64,000 bases of DNA, from positions 131,683 through 195,682 of the forward strand of contig WGBD01000002.1 of assembly GCA_015494465.1 (NCBI GenBank), read 5' to 3'. The position numbers were made by a program, and so were the translations under genes. The notes under the pieces are model-generated. The model was not told the DNA's origin. It was given only the letters and a program-made list of their open reading frames with translations, and made no database searches. Numbering within the stretch: the first letter of the stretch is position 1; each line of letters opens with the position of its first letter. Shown here piece by piece: positions 17,303-26,816 of this stretch. This DNA comes from Candidatus Omnitrophota bacterium. Lineage in GTDB: Bacteria; Omnitrophota; Gorgyraeia; S143-82.

Positions 17303-17965
17303 CTATACTGGTTTCAAGAAGAGGAATATCAAAGAGTGGACCTCTTCCCCAGTCCTAACTACCAGGGCCTTCACATACAACATCCGACTGTGCTTGCTCA
17401 CCGGTAGGGCCACATCGCAGGCGATCTCCTCGGGAACCACATCCGAGGAATAGATGAGGCGCTTGAACCAGGTGCTGAAGACCTCGTTGTCCGGGAGGTT
17501 GAGGATACCGGATAGTTTGTACTCGTCTTGATCCACCTCAAACAGGCGCTGGGCCTCGGGGTTCAACCGGAAGAAGTCCCTCTCGGTGTCTATCCATATC
17601 ACCGGCTCCTTTACCTCCCTGAGGAGCAGGTTCAGGGCCCGATAATAGAGCAGAACCCTTGACTGCCTCAGCTTCTCAAATTCACCGGTGCGCTTTATGG
17701 CCCCCGCCAGTTGGGCCAACAACGCGCCCAATGGTCCCTTTTCTACTTGGGGAACGGACACCCCAAAGTCCCCCTCCCGAAGGTCCTTCACCAGCTCCTT
17801 CAACTTGGAATAGAACCTCAGCAACCTGATCAGGAAATACGACTCTAGCGCTACCAATACGATTGCCAAGGGGATCAACCAGTAAAGCCCACAAAACCAG
17901 CCAAGTACACCCGACAGGAGGCTTGCAACCAACGCAACCGCGAATAGGAGCAGGACGGGGTTCAT
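17303..17965 (-). CDS. membrane sensor-like protein (2 TM + HAMP-like linker + small sensor domain, no output domain)
   Basis: 220 aa. Two N-terminal TM helices, then 'LKELVKDLREGDFGVSVP...GPLGALLAQLAGAIK', which has HAMP-like periodicity. Confidence 0.45.
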   Translation of the reverse strand: MNPVLLLFAVALVASLLSGVLGWFCGLYWLIPLAIVLVALESYFLIRLLRFYSKLKELVKDLREGDFGVSVPQVEKGPLGALLAQLAGAIKRTGEFEKLRQSRVLLYYRALNLLLREVKEPVIWIDTERDFFRLNPEAQRLFEVDQDEYKLSGILNLPDNEVFSTWFKRLIYSSDVVPEEIACDVALPVSKHSRMLYVKALVVRTGEEVHSLIFLFLKPV

Positions 17966-17981
17966 AGGATGTCCTTCCCTC

Positions 17982-18665
17982 TTACTGGGAAAAGTTCCGT
18001 ATGCTCTCGTCTGTTCCCACTACTATCAACACATCTCCTTCTTCCAGAACATCGTCGGCCTTGGGCATGTCGTTTATGATCTCCCGATAGGTCCGTTCCC
18101 CAGACTCGGTTATCTCCGGAAGGCGCTTCTTGATAGCGATGATGTTTATGTGATACTTGTTGCGCAGTTGGAGTTCCTTTATCGTCTTGCCGACGAACTT
18201 CTCCGGGACCTTTACCTCCGCGAGGCTGTGGCCTGAGGCAAGGGGTATGTGCTTCTCTATGTGCGAACTCACCATACTGTTGGCGACCATGACCCCCATC
18301 TCCTCTTCCAAGTTTATTATCCTGCTCACCTCCATGTACTTGAGTATCTGGGCCTGCAGGTCGTCCATCGCCCGGGCCAATATGTTGGAAACACCCAGTT
18401 TCTTGAGGACGCTGATGGTCAGGAGATTCGCCTCCACATTGTCGCCTATACAGACTATGGCAGCGTCAACATTGTCTACACCCAAGGACTTAAGGGCCTT
18501 CTCGTCAGTGGAGTCCACTACCACCGCAACTGAGACATAGTCCTTTATGTCCTCAACCTTATCCCTATCCACATCCAGGGCTATCACTTCCACGCCCTTG
18601 TCGCTCAAGGTACGGGCGATGGTGGAACCGAACCTTCCCAGACCAATAACCGCTATCTGTCTCAC
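17982..18665 (-). CDS. trkA: Trk/Ktr potassium uptake NAD-binding subunit (TrkA-N + TrkA-C)
   Basis: 'IAVIGLGRFGSTIARTL' is a Rossmann motif. A C-terminal TrkA-C domain is present. Adjacent to trkH. Confidence 0.85.
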   Translation of the reverse strand: MRQIAVIGLGRFGSTIARTLSDKGVEVIALDVDRDKVEDIKDYVSVAVVVDSTDEKALKSLGVDNVDAAIVCIGDNVEANLLTISVLKKLGVSNILARAMDDLQAQILKYMEVSRIINLEEEMGVMVANSMVSSHIEKHIPLASGHSLAEVKVPEKFVGKTIKELQLRNKYHINIIAIKKRLPEITESGERTYREIINDMPKADDVLEEGDVLIVVGTDESIRNFSQ

Positions 18666-19648
18666 GGCACCGGCACCTCGTCAAGTATCCTGGATATGAT
18701 CGCCTCTGGGGTCAACCCCTCTGCCTCCGCCTCGTAACCCAGGATTATCCTGTGGCGAAGGACATCTGGGGCTATCAATTTTACATCCTCCGGGACGACA
18801 AATCCCCGCCCGTGAACGAAGGCAACTGCCTTTGCCCCTATCGTCAAGTATATGCTTGCCCGAGGAGAGGCCCCGTAGGTGATCATTCCCTTGAGGGAAT
18901 CCATACGATAGAGCTCCGGGTGTCTGGTGGCGTCCACCAGATCCACGATGTATCTCTTTACCTTCTCGTCTATGTAGACCTGTCGGACAACCTTCTGAAT
19001 CACGATAACCTCTGCGGGGGTGAGGACCTTTTCTGGCCTGGGTATCTCCCATGCGCTCATCCTCTCTAGGATGAGAAGCTCCTCTTCTTTGGAGGGATAA
19101 CTCACATTCAACTTGAACATGAACCTGTCTACCTGGGCCTCAGGCAAGGGGTAAGTGCCTTCCTGCTCTATAGGGTTCTGGGTGGCCAAGACTATAAAGG
19201 GCTCGGGCAGGCTGTAAGTCTCCTCTCCAATCGTCACCTGACGCTCTTGCATGGCCTCCAAGAGGGCGCTCTGCACCTTTGCCGGGGCCCGGTTTACCTC
19301 GTCCGCCAGGACCACATTGGCAAAGACCGGCCCCTTCTTGGTAACGAACTCCCCCTTCTCCGGATTGTAAATCAGGGTCCCTACGATGTCCGCGGGCAAG
19401 AGGTCGGGGGTAAACTGAATCCTCTGGAAACTGCAATCCAGGACTTCCGCAAGCGTCTTCACCAATAGGGTCTTGGCCAATCCAGGCACGCCCTCTATCA
19501 ACACATGGCCGTTGGATATAAGGGCGATCAAGACCTTCGTAATCAACTCCTTCTGTCCGACTATAACCCGGGATATCTCTCTCTCCAAGGCCCTAAGGGC
19601 AGTAGACTGTTTGTTTATTATCTCCGTCAATTCCTTTAGATCTGCCAT
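18662..19648 (-). CDS. MoxR-family AAA+ ATPase
   Basis: 'VIVGQKELITKVLIALISNGHVLIEGVPGLAKT' and 'LLADEVNRAPAKVQSALLEAMQERQVTI' are the MoxR/RavA signature motifs. Confidence 0.85.
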   Translation of the reverse strand: MADLKELTEIINKQSTALRALEREISRVIVGQKELITKVLIALISNGHVLIEGVPGLAKTLLVKTLAEVLDCSFQRIQFTPDLLPADIVGTLIYNPEKGEFVTKKGPVFANVVLADEVNRAPAKVQSALLEAMQERQVTIGEETYSLPEPFIVLATQNPIEQEGTYPLPEAQVDRFMFKLNVSYPSKEEELLILERMSAWEIPRPEKVLTPAEVIVIQKVVRQVYIDEKVKRYIVDLVDATRHPELYRMDSLKGMITYGASPRASIYLTIGAKAVAFVHGRGFVVPEDVKLIAPDVLRHRIILGYEAEAEGLTPEAIISRILDEVPVP

Positions 19649-19705
19649 CGTCTTCTCCTCGGTTAAAGGCTCCCGTTAACAGAACAGACCATTATACCAC
19701 ATCTA

Positions 19706-21058
19706 TTACCCCACCATCATCCGACCCGAGGCGAATCGCAGTTTGGCCTTCTTGTCCTTGCGCACAAAGGCCAAGGCTATCGTGAGTGGCCCCAACCTAC
19801 CTATCAACATCAGTAGGCTTAGGACAAGCTTGCCTGCTCGGCTCAGGCTCGGGGTGATGCCGGTGCTCAGTCCCACCGTCCCGAATGCAGAGACAGCCTC
19901 GAAAAAGAGACGATCCAAACCAAATCTTGGATCGCTAAGAGAGAGAAAAAATGTGCCTAAAAACAGCATCGTCAAGCCGAACAGGAAGATGGTCCAGGCC
20001 TTGTGCACCACATCCGCAACCAGCGTCCTGCCAAAGACCACCACGTCTTGATGGCCTCTGAGGTACCTCACCGCGGATAGAACCAGAACGGAAAAGGTGG
20101 TCACCTTTATCCCCCCTCCCGTAGAACCGGACGACGCCCCCACGAACATAAGAAACATCAAAAGCCACTTCCCAGCAAGGCTGATGTTCCCTATCTCCAG
20201 ACTGTTAAACCCCGCAGTCCTCGCGTTGACAGACTGGAACATGGCGGATAGGATCCTCTCTTTAAGAGGAAGGGCGGAAAGCATGGTCCTTTCGGTCATC
20301 ATCAATCCGAACGCTCCTACTAGGAACAAGAGCAGATAAGTCACCAGGACTACCTTCGACTGCAATCTAAGTCTCCTACTTTGCCTGCTAAAAACCGCAA
20401 AGAGGTCTTGCAAAACCACGAAACCCAATCCCCCACAGACTATCAACACGGTCATAACCACATTAACGAAGGCATCCCCCCTCCAGCGCGTAAAGCTGTC
20501 GGAAAAGAGGGAAAAACCGGCGTTACAAAATGCGGAGACGGAGTGAAATAGACCGTAATAAAGCGATCTAATCCCAAATCCCTGACGCATCGCCCAGTAG
20601 GCAGAGAGCAAGAACACCCCGATGGCCTCTAAGGCAAAGGTCGCCTTAAAGATGAACCCAATAGAGGACTTAAGCTCCCTTATGCTCTCCTGGTCCATGA
20701 GCTGCCCCAATGCTACCATCTGATGGGACCTTACCTGTCTACCCATACTCACCAAGAGAGAGGCAGAGAAGGTCATTATCCCTAGGGCACCCAGTTGGAT
20801 CAAGGTGAGGATGACGAGCTGGCCCATTAAGGTAAAGTCCTTACCGGTATCCAGGACGACCAGTCCGGTGACGCAGACGGCAGAGGTAGCGGTGAAAAGG
20901 GCATTCACGAACCCCAGCCTGGTGTGGGCCATACCTGGTAACGAAAGGAGAAGAGTCCCCCCGCTGATCAACAACAAGAAGGTCAACAATAAGAAGAGCT
21001 CAGGGCGAGAATAAAGCCTGATTATTATGCGCTCGATAACCGGCCACCTATACATCAC
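19706..21058 (-). CDS. trkH: TrkH/KtrB family potassium transporter
   Basis: 450 aa polytopic membrane protein. 'SSGSTGGGIKVTTFSVL' is a selectivity-filter-like motif. Confidence 0.85.
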   Translation of the reverse strand: MMYRWPVIERIIIRLYSRPELFLLLTFLLLISGGTLLLSLPGMAHTRLGFVNALFTATSAVCVTGLVVLDTGKDFTLMGQLVILTLIQLGALGIMTFSASLLVSMGRQVRSHQMVALGQLMDQESIRELKSSIGFIFKATFALEAIGVFLLSAYWAMRQGFGIRSLYYGLFHSVSAFCNAGFSLFSDSFTRWRGDAFVNVVMTVLIVCGGLGFVVLQDLFAVFSRQSRRLRLQSKVVLVTYLLLFLVGAFGLMMTERTMLSALPLKERILSAMFQSVNARTAGFNSLEIGNISLAGKWLLMFLMFVGASSGSTGGGIKVTTFSVLVLSAVRYLRGHQDVVVFGRTLVADVVHKAWTIFLFGLTMLFLGTFFLSLSDPRFGLDRLFFEAVSAFGTVGLSTGITPSLSRAGKLVLSLLMLIGRLGPLTIALAFVRKDKKAKLRFASGRMMVG

Positions 21059-22145
21059 GCAAGAGCTCTTGGACTATCCTCCCGGCCACATCCCCAGAAG
21101 GCAGGGATCGAAACCCCTCTTTCAGCTGGGCTAGACGGTCCGGATCCCTCTTCAGCTCTAAGACCTTTCTGGCCAGATCCAGGCTATCACCAGCGGACAA
21201 GGCCACATTGGAAGAAATCAAGAAGTCTCTGTTTCCCTCCTCTTGACCTGGAATAGGATCGACCAGTATCATGGGGACCCGCTTGACGATGGCCTCCGAG
21301 ACAACCAATCCCCCTGGTTTGGTGATCAGGAGATCCGCAGCGCTCATAACCAAGTCCATCTCGTCGATCATCCCGTAGACCTTCAGCCCCTCAGCTATAT
21401 CCTGAAGAGGTTCGAGTTCCTTCCGCAACCTTACATTTTTCCCACAACCAACGATAATCTGCACCTCCCGCATCAATATCTTTACCGCATCTATCACCAT
21501 GTTGGGCCGTATTGCATTGGCTAGGATCAGGATGGTAAACTCGTCTTTCAACCCTAATTGGGCCAAGACCGACTCCCGGGGCAAGGTCCGTAGAAAGGCA
21601 GAAGGAACGGGTATCCCGCTCACGCTGACCTTCTCCTTTTCCACCCCCATTTCTACCAGTTCCCCCAATGCACTCTCACACCCAACGAAGTACTTATCCA
21701 CCCCGCTCGACACCCAAAACCTGTGAACCACATAGTCAGTTACTACGCAGACCAATCTACACCTGCACCCGGTCTTGGTCTTGTATCGAGAAAGTACATC
21801 GTTGGCCATGAAGTGGGTGCTCACTATGAGCTCCGGCTGGGTGGCAGTGAGATACTCCTCCAGGCGAGCGGTTACCAAGGCGTTGAGAAGGGAATGCCAG
21901 GAACTGATCAATATCCCCTTGGGATGGTTTGATAAATCAAATGCAAGTCGCCAGAGCCACTTCGCCCGGTTTACCACCCATTGATATCCGTCTCTATAGA
22001 GGGTCCTGAACCAGGATGGGGTGAAGTCGAGGATGTCCAAGAGGGCTACATCCGATCGGCCCGCGTTGATAAAGGACTCGTACAAAGCCTGCCCCGCACG
22101 GCGGTGCCCATTTCCAGCGGAGGCATAGAGGATCAAAATGGACAT
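21048..22145 (-). CDS. GT28-family glycosyltransferase (MGDG synthase / diacylglycerol glucosyltransferase-like)
   Basis: 'ILILYASAGNGHRRAGQAL' at the N-terminus. C-terminal 'LITKPGGLVVSEAI' is typical of MurG/MGDG-synthase-like enzymes. Confidence 0.7.
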   Translation of the reverse strand: MSILILYASAGNGHRRAGQALYESFINAGRSDVALLDILDFTPSWFRTLYRDGYQWVVNRAKWLWRLAFDLSNHPKGILISSWHSLLNALVTARLEEYLTATQPELIVSTHFMANDVLSRYKTKTGCRCRLVCVVTDYVVHRFWVSSGVDKYFVGCESALGELVEMGVEKEKVSVSGIPVPSAFLRTLPRESVLAQLGLKDEFTILILANAIRPNMVIDAVKILMREVQIIVGCGKNVRLRKELEPLQDIAEGLKVYGMIDEMDLVMSAADLLITKPGGLVVSEAIVKRVPMILVDPIPGQEEGNRDFLISSNVALSAGDSLDLARKVLELKRDPDRLAQLKEGFRSLPSGDVAGRIVQELLRDV

Positions 22146-22160
22146 CTCTGGATGCCAAGG

Positions 22161-22475
22161 CTACAAGACGAACTTCTCTGCCATGTAACCTATCACCGGT
22201 AAGGACTTGTACTCCCCGGTCATGGCGTTGATCAGGCCAAAGACCACCGCCAGACCAAACACGAGCCTACCCAGGACTAGCAAGAATAGGCCCAACACCG
22301 GGAGGACCGACAAGGCCCAGACCAGAACCTCCAGCACGAATAAGACCAGCCCTTGTTTCGCGTGGAAGCGGATGAACTCGTCGTCCTTGGCCTTAAACAC
22401 CGACCACAGACTCAACGGCCCCAGGTAGGCCAACATTGCCCAGGCCTTTGATTCCAGACTCACCAAGTTTTCCAT
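22161..22475 (-). CDS. DUF4870-like small membrane protein
   Basis: 'AYLGPLSLWSVFKAKDDEFIRFHAKQGLVLFVLE' followed by two TM helices. The internal start avoids overlap with the upstream gene. Confidence 0.5.
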   Translation of the reverse strand: MENLVSLESKAWAMLAYLGPLSLWSVFKAKDDEFIRFHAKQGLVLFVLEVLVWALSVLPVLGLFLLVLGRLVFGLAVVFGLINAMTGEYKSLPVIGYMAEKFVL

Positions 22476-22497
22476 ACTCAAGACCTCCTTTAAGGCT

Positions 22498-23598
22498 TTA
22501 TCCCACATTCAACAGGGAATCCAGCTCCCCGTAAGGGTTCTTCTCCTTCATCGGGTTGTTGGGATCGTCCATCCACTTGCCGTCCACCACGAACCTGTAC
22601 CGGTACCGTCCAGGCGGTAAGGCCATGCTCTTTACCCAAACCCCATTCCTCTTCTCGAGCTTGGAATCCTCCCCTATCCTCCAACCGTTGAAATCACCAG
22701 CGATGTACACCTCCTTCACATTAGGATCGGGGAATATGAACTCCACCATCCTCAACGGCATGTCCCGCCCCATCTCCTTGGAAGGCGCAGAAGGGGACTG
22801 GGGTTTCCAGCCCTTGTCCAAGGGTTCCGGGGCCTCCAGATAAGATAGAAGCTCCCGGGCAAGGCTGAGGTAATCCTTTGCTCCCCGGCAGTACTTGTCG
22901 TAATACAGGGCAGGCTTACCGTGACTGGCAGATTCGCGGAGTTTGACATTGATGTGGATTATCGTCTTGCAGACCTTGTCACCAAATCTTTCCTTTATGG
23001 CATCCTGTACATAATAAGAGTACTGGAGTCGGGAATCAAACATCGTCATAAGTATACGGTAGTCCACATTGTGGTTGAGTCTCTCTCTCACCAGATTTAT
23101 GATGTCCAGGAGCTGATTCACACCGTTGAAGGAGAAGAAGCTCATCTCCAGAGGTATGAGAACCTCGTTAGCAGAGCGCAGGGCATTTATAGTGAGGAAT
23201 CCTAGATTCGGAGGGCAGTCTATCAAAACATAATCGTATTGTCCCTTCATCTGGCTCAAGGCAGACCAAAGCCTGGTTTCCCTGCCTATCTCGTCAGAAA
23301 GCTCCTGCTCCAGGGTACTCAAGAGTATGGAAGAAGGGACCAGGAATAGGTTCTCCGATACCTGCTGAACGACGGAGTCGAGGTCCTTTTTCTGCTGACT
23401 CAACGAGGAAAGGACATCGTAAATAGAGAACTCTATCTTATCAGGATCAAATCCCAAGCCACTGGTAGCGTGGGCCTGGGGATCGAAGTCTATCACTAGC
23501 ACTTTCTTCCCTAGGTAAGCCAAGGACGCGGATAGATTCACTGTGGTGGTGGTCTTACCGCAACCGCCTTTTTGATTGGCAACAGCTATCACATACAT
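22498..23598 (-). CDS. ParA/Soj-type ATPase fused to C-terminal CBM48 / AMPK-beta glycogen-binding domain
   Basis: Deviant Walker A 'KGGCGKTT', 'IDFDPQAHAT' and Walker B 'LIDCPPNLG' place the N-terminal ~260 aa in the ParA family. After a Pro/Ser linker, 'KEVYIAGDFNGW...GRYRYRFVVDGKWMDDPNNP' matches the AMPK-beta GBD/CBM48 signature. Confidence 0.8.
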   Translation of the reverse strand: MYVIAVANQKGGCGKTTTTVNLSASLAYLGKKVLVIDFDPQAHATSGLGFDPDKIEFSIYDVLSSLSQQKKDLDSVVQQVSENLFLVPSSILLSTLEQELSDEIGRETRLWSALSQMKGQYDYVLIDCPPNLGFLTINALRSANEVLIPLEMSFFSFNGVNQLLDIINLVRERLNHNVDYRILMTMFDSRLQYSYYVQDAIKERFGDKVCKTIIHINVKLRESASHGKPALYYDKYCRGAKDYLSLARELLSYLEAPEPLDKGWKPQSPSAPSKEMGRDMPLRMVEFIFPDPNVKEVYIAGDFNGWRIGEDSKLEKRNGVWVKSMALPPGRYRYRFVVDGKWMDDPNNPMKEKNPYGELDSLLNVG

Positions 23599-23635
23599 CT
23601 CTGCCCCCCTGTCTTTGTTGAAGAAGCCCCCCTAA

Positions 23636-24271
23636 TCAAGTGCCCTTTACGAAGCGTATGTTATCGACATATAACACGCCTTTCGGCGTCGACGCATTCC
23701 ACTTGTCGACCACGAAGCCTATCTGCTTTACATCACTCCAGCTAGTTATGCCCGAGACCTCTTTCAGAGGTATTACCACATCTTTCCACCGCGTGCCCAA
23801 AGAGGGGACACCCACCTCTCCGACCTCTCTGAACTGATTTACGAATTCTATCCTTATACTGTGGTTCTCGCCCTTGGAGAACCGTGCCCTAAAGGCCAAG
23901 GCCTCGTAATCGGACACATCGGCGCCTTTTATATTCACATAATAGGTCAACACCGATCCTGCCTTAGGATCGGAAAAGTCGAATCCAATGGAGATTGGAC
24001 CGGACCCGCTGTTTATCATAAGCTCGCTGTGGGCCTCCAATCCAGGGGTAACAGGACCACGGAAGAGTGCCCCCGACCTCCAGCCTACCAGCAATATCAC
24101 CAGCAGAAAGGCATTTGCTACTAAGAGAGGCAGATTGAGATTTATAGTACGCATCCCCCCTACGGAAACCCCTGAGTGTTTCACCTCTTTGCCCTCTCCG
24201 GTTGAAAAGTAGGTCCTGGCGAGTATATCCGCCACCCTCTTGTTCGCCATTACATTCTTCTTATAACACAC
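23636..24271 (-). CDS. hypothetical membrane-anchored protein with C-terminal beta-sandwich (CBM/CIA30-like) domain
   Basis: Basic N-terminus (MANKRVADILAR), one TM helix, then a ~150 aa beta-rich domain ending 'GVLYVDNIRFV'. Co-oriented and directly upstream of the ParA-CBM48 gene. Confidence 0.45.
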   Translation of the reverse strand: MCYKKNVMANKRVADILARTYFSTGEGKEVKHSGVSVGGMRTINLNLPLLVANAFLLVILLVGWRSGALFRGPVTPGLEAHSELMINSGSGPISIGFDFSDPKAGSVLTYYVNIKGADVSDYEALAFRARFSKGENHSIRIEFVNQFREVGEVGVPSLGTRWKDVVIPLKEVSGITSWSDVKQIGFVVDKWNASTPKGVLYVDNIRFVKGT

Positions 24272-24278
24272 AAACTAT

Positions 24279-26198
24279 CTAACCGTCAATGGGTAGCGGA
24301 TTTAATTCGCGATATCCGTCGCGAGGTAGCTCCTCTATGAAGGAACTGCGCCGGGCAAAGTAGCCTCCGAAGCGATAATCAAAACTCATTGTAGGTGCGG
24401 TAATTAAGAGGTGCCTCTTGGCCCGGGTAAGGGCAACATAAAAGAGCCGTCTCTCCTCTTCTATACCGTTTTCCTCCCGGAAACTCTTGGAATGGGGGAA
24501 CTGCCCATCCACCACCCCCATCACGAACACCACCTCCCATTCCAATCCCTTCGCCTGATGCACCGTCGAAAGGACTACCGCATCCGAAGACTCCTTCTGA
24601 GGCCTTTTGAAGCTCTCACTTAGACCTATGTCCGAAAACAGCGACTCCAGGTCCCTGTAGCCCTTCAAGAATTCTAAGAGATAGATGAGGTCTTCCTGCC
24701 GGGAGGTGTAATCTTCAAAGTTCTCTCGCAGGTAGTCCCAGTATCCGCTGTCTAGTATCAACTTACAGGCCTCGTAGGCGGAGAGGCCCTGTATCGCAGA
24801 AAAGATGTAACCTATCCTTTCCCAAGCGCTTTTCACCTTCGTGCCCCAGCGCCCCTCCAGTTCACCTAGGTTGGAGAGATCTACATCCCTGAGGATGAGG
24901 TACAACCGTTTGGCGGTCTGGGGGCCTATCCCCGGGTACATACACAGGATCCTCTGCCAAGCCATGTGATCCTTGGGATTGTACAAGACCCGCAGGTAGG
25001 CAAGGACATCCTTTATGTGGGCCTGTTCGAAGAACCTCATTCCCCCGCGCATTACATAGTCTATACCTCTATGGGCCAGAGCTAGTTCCAGCTTTGCGGA
25101 GTGATAAGTAGTGCGGAACAGGACTGCTATCTGCGACGGAGGAACCCCCTCGTCCAAGAAAAATTCTATCTGCTGGGCTATGAAGGCGGATTCCTCCTCC
25201 ACCGAGGAGAACCTGGCCACTATGGGGAGTTCACCGCCACCCTGCACTGCCTTTAACCTCTTTTGATAACCACGAAAGTTATTCTCTATGCTGGAGTTGG
25301 CCAGATAAAGGACCTCCGGCGTGGAACGATAGTTAGTATTGAGAAAGAAGACCCTTGCAGACGGGTGCCTGTCGGTAAACTCCAGTATGTTCTCTACGCT
25401 CGCCCCGCGAAACGAATATATGCTTTGGGCATCGTCACCTACCACCAACAGGTTTTTATGCTTGGAGGCTAGGATCTCCACCAACCTCGCCTGCAATCTG
25501 CTGGTGTCCTGATATTCGTCGACGAGAACATAGCGGAACTTTTGGGAGTAGTACTCCCGCACATCGGAATGCTCGTTTAGGAGGCGATAGGCCATCACCA
25601 AGAGGTCGTCGAAGTCCAGGACATCTGCCTCCCGCTTTCTCTTGTTGTATTCGTCGAACACATGCCCTATCAAAAAGAAGTGGTCTGCGTATTCGGAAAA
25701 CCGCTCCCTTAACAGGTCCTCCCATGGACGCATGGTATTAAGAGCCAAACCACGAAGGTAAGAGAAGAAGCCGGGCGAAGGAAAGGACTTCCTCAACTCC
25801 TGAGACACGACATCCCTTATCACTTGAGAGAACAGGGCCCGGGCGTCTTCCTCGTCGACGATAAGGTAATTCTGGGGCACGCCCAAACGGGGTGAGAACT
25901 TGCGCAGGATGCGATTGCAGATGTGGTGAAAGGTTCCACCCCAGATGCCATCTAGGGGCCTTCCCAATAGGCGCTCCACGCGGGAAAGCATCTCCCGCGA
26001 GGCCTTGATGGTGAAGGTCACCAACAGTATCTCGTCGGCACGGACGCCTTGGTCGAGGAGGTAGGCCACTCGATAGACGAGGGTGCGGGTCTTACCGCTC
26101 CCTGCCCCGGCAAGTACCAGACAATACCCGTCTCCTTCGCTTACCACCCGATACTGCTCGGGATTCAGCTCCTTGCGATAATCTATAGATGTGTTCAC
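24279..26198 (-). CDS. UvrD/PcrA/Rep-family ATP-dependent DNA helicase
   Basis: 639 aa. 'LVLAGAGSGKTRTLVYRVAYLL' is the Walker A motif. 'VLVDEYQDTS', 'YRSTPEVL' and 'VHQAKGLEWEVVFV' are SF1 helicase motifs. Confidence 0.85.
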   Translation of the reverse strand: MNTSIDYRKELNPEQYRVVSEGDGYCLVLAGAGSGKTRTLVYRVAYLLDQGVRADEILLVTFTIKASREMLSRVERLLGRPLDGIWGGTFHHICNRILRKFSPRLGVPQNYLIVDEEDARALFSQVIRDVVSQELRKSFPSPGFFSYLRGLALNTMRPWEDLLRERFSEYADHFFLIGHVFDEYNKRKREADVLDFDDLLVMAYRLLNEHSDVREYYSQKFRYVLVDEYQDTSRLQARLVEILASKHKNLLVVGDDAQSIYSFRGASVENILEFTDRHPSARVFFLNTNYRSTPEVLYLANSSIENNFRGYQKRLKAVQGGGELPIVARFSSVEEESAFIAQQIEFFLDEGVPPSQIAVLFRTTYHSAKLELALAHRGIDYVMRGGMRFFEQAHIKDVLAYLRVLYNPKDHMAWQRILCMYPGIGPQTAKRLYLILRDVDLSNLGELEGRWGTKVKSAWERIGYIFSAIQGLSAYEACKLILDSGYWDYLRENFEDYTSRQEDLIYLLEFLKGYRDLESLFSDIGLSESFKRPQKESSDAVVLSTVHQAKGLEWEVVFVMGVVDGQFPHSKSFREENGIEEERRLFYVALTRAKRHLLITAPTMSFDYRFGGYFARRSSFIEELPRDGYRELNPLPIDG

Positions 26199-26227
26199 TG
26201 GTTAACATCCTCTCGGCGATCGCTTGC

Positions 26228-26320
26228 TGGCGGAGAGGGTGGGATTCGAACCCACGAGCCCGCTCGTCGCAGGCTGCCGGTTTTCAAGACCGGTGCGTTC
26301 ATCCGCTCCGCCACCTCTCC
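26228..26320 (-). tRNA. tRNA-Ser (anticodon TGA)
   Basis: Reverse complement: GGAGAGG acceptor, 3-bp D-stem, anticodon stem CCGGU/ACCGG with loop CUUGAAA, a long variable arm, T-arm UGGGU-UCGAAUC-CCACC, encoded CCA. Confidence 0.85.
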
Positions 26321-26348
26321 GGGGAATATTATATTCACAGGGATATCT

Positions 26349-26816
26349 CTATGGCAATCGCAAAAGGACCACCACCTGGGCCATCACCCCGGAGACGAAG
26401 AGCCCTTCGCTCGTCTTGGCCTTCAGCGAGATCCTTGATTCCTCTACGCCGAGATCCCGGGATAGGTTTGTACGGATCTTAGACTTGTAAAGGGACAATT
26501 TGGGGCTATCCAAGACGACGGTGATGTCCAGATTGACTATCTCAAATTCGCCGACCCGGGTTGTCATCTCCCTGTAGAGATCTACTCCCCTTGCCCCTTC
26601 ATATCTCTTCTCTCCGGGCGGAAACAACTCACCTATGTCGCCCTTGCCAAGGGCACCGAGGATCGCATCTATCAGGGCGTGATAGACGACATCCCCGTCG
26701 GAGTGGGCAACCACCTTTGGTCCCTCGGGTATAGGCACACCTCCCAAGACCAGATCCCTGTCCCCACCGAAGCGATGGAGGTCAAATCCCAGTCCTACCC
26801 GCAGATCAGTTCCCAT
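26349..26816 (-). CDS. ispF: 2-C-methyl-D-erythritol 2,4-cyclodiphosphate synthase
   Basis: 'RVGLGFDLHRF...GGV', 'GHSDGDVVYHALIDAILGA' and 'IVNLDITVVLDSPKL' are IspF motifs. Confidence 0.9.
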   Translation of the reverse strand: MGTDLRVGLGFDLHRFGGDRDLVLGGVPIPEGPKVVAHSDGDVVYHALIDAILGALGKGDIGELFPPGEKRYEGARGVDLYREMTTRVGEFEIVNLDITVVLDSPKLSLYKSKIRTNLSRDLGVEESRISLKAKTSEGLFVSGVMAQVVVLLRLP

